From assembly GCA_964016885.1 (NCBI GenBank), contig OZ024748.1:8494001-8558000 (forward strand): a stretch of 64,000 nt of DNA, written 5' to 3'. The notes under the pieces were generated by a model. The model saw only the letters and a program-made list of their open reading frames with translations. It had not been told where the DNA came from and made no database searches. Positions 56,025 through 64,000 of the stretch are shown piece after piece. How positions within the stretch are numbered: the stretch's first letter is position 1; the number at the start of each line of letters is the position of its first letter. This DNA is from Eledone cirrhosa (Eukaryota). Made by a program: the position numbers and the translations under genes.

Positions 56025-56214
56025 ATTTTTTTCTACTTTTGGCACAAGGCCAGCAATTACCCAGTGTATTACAGGTACTTTATTTTATCGGCTCCGTAAA
56101 GATGAAAGGCAAAGTTAACCTCAGCGTGATTCGAGCTCAGAACGTAAAGGGCCATAATTCCATGCTGCAAAGCAAGGTGCCTGACATTCTATTGATATTG
56201 CCAATCCACCGCCC
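56025..56214 (-). mobile_element. Full-length SINE family A with (TAA)n/(TAG)n flank
   Basis: TTTCTACTTTTGGCACAAGGCCAGCAATTACCCAG...GATGAAAGGCAAAGTTAACCTC...TGCCAATCCACCGCCC. Confidence 0.88.
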
Positions 56215-57165
56215 TTATAAATATTAATAATAATAATAATAATGGTAGTATTAATATATCAATGATAGCAGCAGCAGCTCAATGTTCTCATCGTTTTAAT
56301 GGGTTAGAACGTTGATAATTCTTAATTATTTTTCCGCCTCCAAAATACGATAAAAAGAAGAAAAAAAATGAGAAGACTAGATAGTTCAATAAGACAAATT
56401 AATGTCATTTTGACCCTTGCAACACTATTATTGAATATTAGAACAATTCATAGCTTATTTTTCTACTTTATTATATGTGATATTTCCGTATATGCTAGAT
56501 GATATCTCATTTATTGGCCCCTCAAGTATCCATTCTCCCCTCACTTTTGTAATGACGACCATTCAAACCAAAATGAAAAGAGAAAAAAAAAAAAAAAAAA
56601 AAAATTTGTAAAAAGACGAGAAAGGGAAATAAATATATAGAAGCAATGTAGGTGATAATTAGGAGGGAAAGGAATAAAAAGTGAGGAGAGAAAGAAAGAA
56701 AAACGTCGATAAAAAACAAAGAAGCAAGAGAGAGAGAGGGAGAGAGAGAAAGAAAAAGAGAGAGAGAGAGAAAGCGGAAGCAGAAAAGAAGATAGAATAA
56801 AAAAGCCCTTATATATATATTCTTGTTGCGATCGGAGCCGACTACAAAAAGGTGTTTAAAAAATGAAGAAAAGCAAAGAATGTAATTATATGTCAGAAAA
56901 TAGAGAACAAGAATTACATTTTGGCATTTTTTTATATTTTATATTCAACACAGAAGATTGCATTTCGTAATTTTTTTTTCTCATTCTACACACCTCAGTT
57001 TCCACATTTAAATATATATTCTGCATCCTCAAAACCGAACTAATTAAATATTACAAATACTGGTTCTAATCAAGTAAAGAACTTCTATGATATACAGACA
57101 GAAATTAGTGATGTGTAAATAGCCTGAAATGGTGTTTTCTTTTTTTTTTCTTTTAATATATTGTG

Positions 57166-57257
57166 TTACGGGGTTGATAAAATAAGTACCAGTAATGCAC
57201 TGGGGTCGACATTCTCCTCACTTAAAATTGTTGACCTTGTGCCTAAATCAGAAACCA
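57166..57257 (+). mobile_element. 5'-truncated SINE family A with imperfect TSD
   Basis: GGGGTTGATAAAATAAGTACCAG...CTAAATCAGAAACC, flanked by AATATATTGTGTTACG and AATATTTTGTGTTACG. Confidence 0.8.
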
Positions 57258-58721
57258 ATATTTTGTGTTACGATAATTTGTTGTCTTCGTATTGTTAGGT
57301 CTAAGACGAAGTTGTTCTGAGAAAGACATTTAACAGGCGTAGCTTCAGAAATGAGAATGAGGAAATGGACCTCCGTCGTTTCCGACGTTAAGTGTTCCAG
57401 TTGTTGCCCCTGAAATTAACATGTAAGTGGTTAAGCATGCCACAGACACAGGTAGCCTTAACTTAATCCACAGGGACAGACAGCATGGCAGTATGTGACA
57501 AGGATCTGGTTGTTTGGAACAGCAGCCAATTTCCACAGAATATCATGCTGTATCTTAAACAAAAGATGGGCACACATGTTGATGTATTTCTAGATAGAGA
57601 CTTTGTCGTTAAAAAAATATGATGTAGTCACGATTGGAACATCTTTGAATATAGATCTGATTGATGAAGGCTGTTCTGGGGTTAAATAAGACAAAGAAGC
57701 CAGTTGTAGTGAGGTATTCCTCTCAATAATTACACGACAATAATCCCTTATCAATGACCACAAGGCACTGGACAGTAGGCAACGATTACTGCAGCATGAA
57801 AGCGAAACCTTGTTCGAATTAGTGTTAGCTTCAATCTTTTTAGAATTGATTCTCTGAAAAAGAGATAAAACAATAAAAATAATTCGGTTTGTCTTGTATT
57901 TATTTTTGTAGCTATTTTAAATATGAGAGACAATATTATTTCACTTCATTGTTCTATTGGAAACAAAGATATTTTATATTACTTGAAGAATTACACATTT
58001 AAGCAATCCTATCTAAAAAGAAAAACAAAAGAAAGAAGAAAAAGTAATTGTAGAAAATTCAATATGTTATCGCATGTTTGTTGTCGTTCTACAGTAGAGC
58101 GAAGAGAACACATATTTCATTAGAAGCTGTTTAGAAACAAACCTTCCCCACAATTTATTTTAGTTTCTTCTCTCATTGGATTTGACGTTTATTTTTAGAT
58201 TTCATTTACTCAAGTGATGCATTATACATTGTAAGCTTGCGTTTAGACTGATTAAAATTTGCAGTCATATAAATATTTTTTATTGGTAATGGAAATATAC
58301 GAAAGTATAGTTCTGCTTCATAAACTCTGATAGTTTATGTAGAAAGAAATTTATTAAGAAAAAAATAAAGAAAGAAAATCTCCCATATTAATCATATGTT
58401 CGTGCTAAATTAAAACTTTAATAAAATTTGGGTGAAGAACCATATTTTTACACGAGAGATTTTAAATTTTATTATTTTCTTATGGTTGCTTTATCTTATC
58501 TGAAGTAGTAGGGATGAGAAGGCGATCAATTTGGCCCATCTATTAGCTTTAGTTTAATGTTTACAGCCAATTTTGAATATAGAACTTCAGCCTCGCCCTC
58601 AGAGAGTAATTGATAAACAAACAATTTAACAAAATAATTATTTTCATTATTTCAATAAAAATATTCCCTTTCATTATTTCAACAAGATATTCTCCTAAAT
58701 TTCTTCCCACTATTTTATAAA

Positions 58722-61700
58722 CACCATCACACAATATATATTAACACAATACATTATCCCCATCACACAATATATATATTAACACAATACATTATCACCA
58801 TCACACAATATATGTTAACACAACATTATCACCATCACACAATATATGTTAACACAACATTATCACCATCACACAATATATGTTAACACAACATTATCAC
58901 CATCGCACAATATATGTTAACACAACATTATCACCATCACACAATATATGTTAACACAACATTATCACCATCACACAATATATGTTAACACAGCATTATC
59001 ACCATCACACAATATATGTTAACACAACATTATCACCTTCACAATATATGTTAGCACAACATTATCACCATCACACAATATATGTTAACACAACATTATC
59101 ACCATCACACAATATATGTTAACACAACATTATCACCATCACACAATATATATTAACACAACATTATCACCATCACACAATATATGTTAACACAACATTA
59201 TCACCATCACACATTATCTGTTAACACAACATTATCACCATCACACAATATATGTTAACACAACATTATCACCATCACACAATATATGTTAGCACAACAT
59301 TATCACCATCACACAATATATGTTAACACAACATTATCACCATCACACAATATATGTTAACACAACATTATCACCATCACACATTATCTGTTAACACAAC
59401 ATTATCACCATCACACAATATATGTTAACACAACATTATCACCATCACACAATATATGTTAACACAAAATTATCACCATCACACATTATATGTTAACACA
59501 ACATTATCACCATCACACAATATATATTAACACAACATTATCACCATCACACAATATCTGTTAACACAATATTATCACCATCACACAATATATGTTAACA
59601 CAACCTTATCACCATCACACATTATCTGTTAATACAACATTATCACCATCACACAATATATGTTAACACAACATTATCACCATCACACAATATATGTTAG
59701 CACAACATTATCACCATCACACATTATCTGTTAATACAACATTATCACCATCACACAATCACACAATATATGTTAACACAACATTATCACCATCACACAA
59801 TATATGTTAACACAACATTATCACCATCACACATTATCTGTTAACACAACATTATCACCATCACACATTATCTGTTAACACAACATTATCACCATCACAC
59901 AATATATGTTAACACATTATCACCATCACACATTATCTGTTAACACAACATTATCACCGTCACACATTATCTGTTAACACAACATTATCACCATCACACA
60001 ATATATGTTAACACAACATTATCACCATCACACAATATATGTTAACACAACATTATCACCATCACACATTATCTGTTAACACAACATTATCACCATCACA
60101 CATTATCTGTTAACACAACATTATCACCATCACTCAATATATGTTAACACAACATTATCACCATCACACATTATCTGTTAACACAACATTATCACCATCA
60201 CACATTATCTGTTAACACAACATTATCACCATCACACAATATATGTTAACACAACATTATCACCATCACACATTATCTGTTAACACAACATTATCACCAT
60301 CACACATTATCTGTTAACACAATATTATCACCATCACACAATATATGTTAACACAACATTATCACCATCACACAATATATGTTAACACAACATTATCACC
60401 ATCACACAATATATGTTAACACAACATTATCACCATCACACAATATATGTTAGCACAACATTATCACCATCACACAATATATGTTAACACAACATTATCA
60501 CCATCACACAATATATGTTAACACAACATTATCACCATCACACAATATATGTTAACACAACATTATCACCATCACACAATATATGTTAACACAACATTAT
60601 CACCATCACACAATATATGTTAACACAACATTATCACCATCACACAATATATGTTAACACAACATTATCACCATCACACAATATATGTTAACACAACATT
60701 ATCACCATCACACAATATATGTTAACACAACATTATCACCATCACACAATATATGTTAACACAACATTATCACCATCACACAATATATGTTAACACAACA
60801 TTATCACCATCACACAATATATGTTAACACAACATTATCACCATCACACAATATATGTTAGCACAACATTATCACCATCACACAATATATGTTAACACAA
60901 CATTATCACCATCACACATTATCTGTTAACACAACATTATCACCATCACACAATATATGTTAACACAACATTATCACCATCACACAATATATGTTAGCAC
61001 AACATTATCACCATCACACAATATATGTTAACACAACATTATCACCATCACACAATATATGTTAAGACAACATTATCACCATCACACATTATCTGTTAAC
61101 ACAACATTATCACCATCACACAATATATGTTAACACAACATTATCACCATCACACAATATATGTTAACACAACATTATCACCATCACACAATATATGTTA
61201 ACACAAAATTATCACCATCACACAATATATGTTAACACAACATTATCACCATCACACATTATCTGTTAACACAACATTATCACCATCACACAATATATGT
61301 TAACACAACATTATCACCATCACACAATATATGTTAGCACAACATTATCACCATCACACAATATATGTTAACACAACATTATCACCATCACACAATATAT
61401 GTTAAGACAACATTATCACCATCACACATTATCTGTTAACACAACATTATCACCATCACACAATATATGTTAACACAACATTATCACCATCACAAATATA
61501 TGTTAACACAACATTATCACCATCACACAATATATGTTAACACATTATCACCATCACACAATATATGTTAACACATTATCACCATCACACAATATATGTT
61601 AACACAAAATTATCACCATCACACAATATATGTTAACACAACATTATCACCATCACACAATATATATTAACACAACATTATCACCATCACACAATATCTG

Positions 61701-63938
61701 TTAACACAATATTATCACCATCACACAATATATGTTAACACAACCTTATCACCATCACACATTATCTGTTAATACAACATTATCACCATCACACAATATA
61801 TGTTAACACAACATTATCACCATCACACAATATCTGTTAACACAATATTATCACCATCACACAATATATGTTAACACAACATTATCACCATCACACAATA
61901 TATGTTAACACAACATTATCACCATCACACAATATATGTTAACACAACATTATCACCATCACACATTATCTGTTAACACAACATTATCACCATCACACAT
62001 TATCTGTTAACACAACATTATCACCATCACACAATATATGTTAACACAACATTATCACCATCACACAATATATGTTAACACAACATTATCACCATCACAA
62101 TATATATGTTAACACAACATTATCACCATCACACAATATATGTTAACACAACATTATCACCATCACAATATATGTTAGCACAACATTATCACCATCACAA
62201 TATATATGTTAACACAACATTATCACCATCACACAATATATGTTAGCACAACATTATCACCATCACAATATATGTTAGCACAACATTATCACCATCACAC
62301 ATTATCTGTTAACACAACATTATCACCATCACACAATATATGTTAACACAACATTATCACCATCACACAATATATGTTAACACAACATTATCACCATCAC
62401 ACAATATATGTTAACACAACATTATCACCATCACAATATATGTTAGCACAACATTATCACCATCACACATTATCTGTTAACACAACATTATCACCATCAC
62501 ACAATATATGTTAACACAACATTATCACCATCACACAATATATGTTAACACAACATTATCACCATCACACAATATATGTTAACACAACATTATCACCATC
62601 ACAATATATGTTAGCACAACATTATCACCATCACACATTATCTGTTAACACAACATTATCACCATCACACAATATATGTTAACACAACATTATCACCATC
62701 ACACAATATATGTTAACACAACATTATCACCATCACACAATATATGTTAACACAACATTATCACCATCACACAATATATGTTAACACAACATTATCACCA
62801 TCACACATTATCTGTTAACACAACATTATCACCATCACACAATCACACAATATATGTTAGCACAACATTATCACCATCACACAATATATGTTAACACAAC
62901 ATTATCACCATCACACAATATATGTTAACACAACATTATCACCATCACACAATATATGTTAACACAACATTATCACCATCACACATTATCTGTTAACACA
63001 ACATTATCACCATCACACAATCACACAATATATGTTAACACAACATTATCACCATCACACAATATATGTTAACACAACATTATCACCATCACACAATATA
63101 TGTTAACACAACATTATCACCATCACACATTATCTGTTAACACAACATTATCACCATCACACAATCACACAATATATGTTAACACAACATTATCACCATC
63201 ACACAATATATGTTAACACAACATTATCACCATCACACAATATATGTTAACACAACATTATCACCATCACACATTATCTGTTAACACAACATTATCACCA
63301 TCACACAATATATATTAACACAACATTATCACCATCACACAATATAAGTTAACACAACATTATCACCATCACACAATATATGTTAACACAACATTATCAC
63401 CATCACACAATATATGTTAACACAACATTATCACCATCACACAATATATGTTAACACAACATTATCACCATCACACAATATATGTTAACACAACATTATC
63501 ACCATCACACAATATATGTTAACACAACATTATCACCATCACACATTATCTGTTAACACAACATTATCACCATCACACAATCACACAATATATGTTAACA
63601 CAACATTATCACCATCACACAATATATGTTAACACAACATTATCACCATCACACAATATATGTTAACACAACATTATCACCATCACACATTATCTGTTAA
63701 CACAACATTATCACCATCACACAATATATATTAACACAACATTATCACCATCACACAATATAAGTTAACACAACATTATCACCATCACACAATATATGTT
63801 AACACAACATTATCACCATCACACAATATATGTTAACACAACATTATCACCATCACACAATATATGTTAACACAACATTATCACCATCACACAATATATG
63901 TTAACACAACATTATCACCATCACACATTATCTCTTAA
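58722..63938. repeat. 34-bp tandem satellite/minisatellite, about 150 units
   Basis: Unit TATCACCATCACACAATATATGTTAACACAACAT, with a common variant ...CACATTATCTGTTAAC. No unique spacers. Confidence 0.98.
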
Positions 63939-64000
63939 CTCTACCTAAAGTTCTATAAATGACTTATTTTAATCTATTCATGATTTCAAGTATTTTCCTC

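Noticed and set aside
58722-63938. CRISPR-like 34-bp repeats or tandem retrozyme
   Set aside because: No spacers and no CTGANGA/GAAA core on either strand; an ordinary satellite.

Overview
AT-rich, repeat-saturated animal non-coding DNA; the SINE and microsatellite content resembles coleoid cephalopod (octopus-like) genomes, which is an inference. I find no credible host exon: nearly all ORF-track entries are translations of microsatellites or minisatellites. Two long tandem arrays bracket the window (41-bp G-rich unit at 1-4500; 34-bp unit at about 58720-63940). Between them lie more than a dozen copies of one tRNA-derived SINE (several with clear TSDs), RTE and CR1-like LINE remnants, a decayed mariner, MITEs and several minisatellites. 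The main hidden signal is a dispersed set of at least eight minimal type-I hammerhead ribozyme (HHR) motifs on both strands. Six share one cassette: HHR with a short, mostly palindromic stem III, then AATAAA, about 30-50 nt and a (TA)n microsatellite. Fold-back palindromes accompany them. This fits microsatellite-associated Penelope-like pseudo-LTR or retrozyme-like elements. A bipartite non-autonomous RTE with a possible HDV-like fold at its 5' end is also present.
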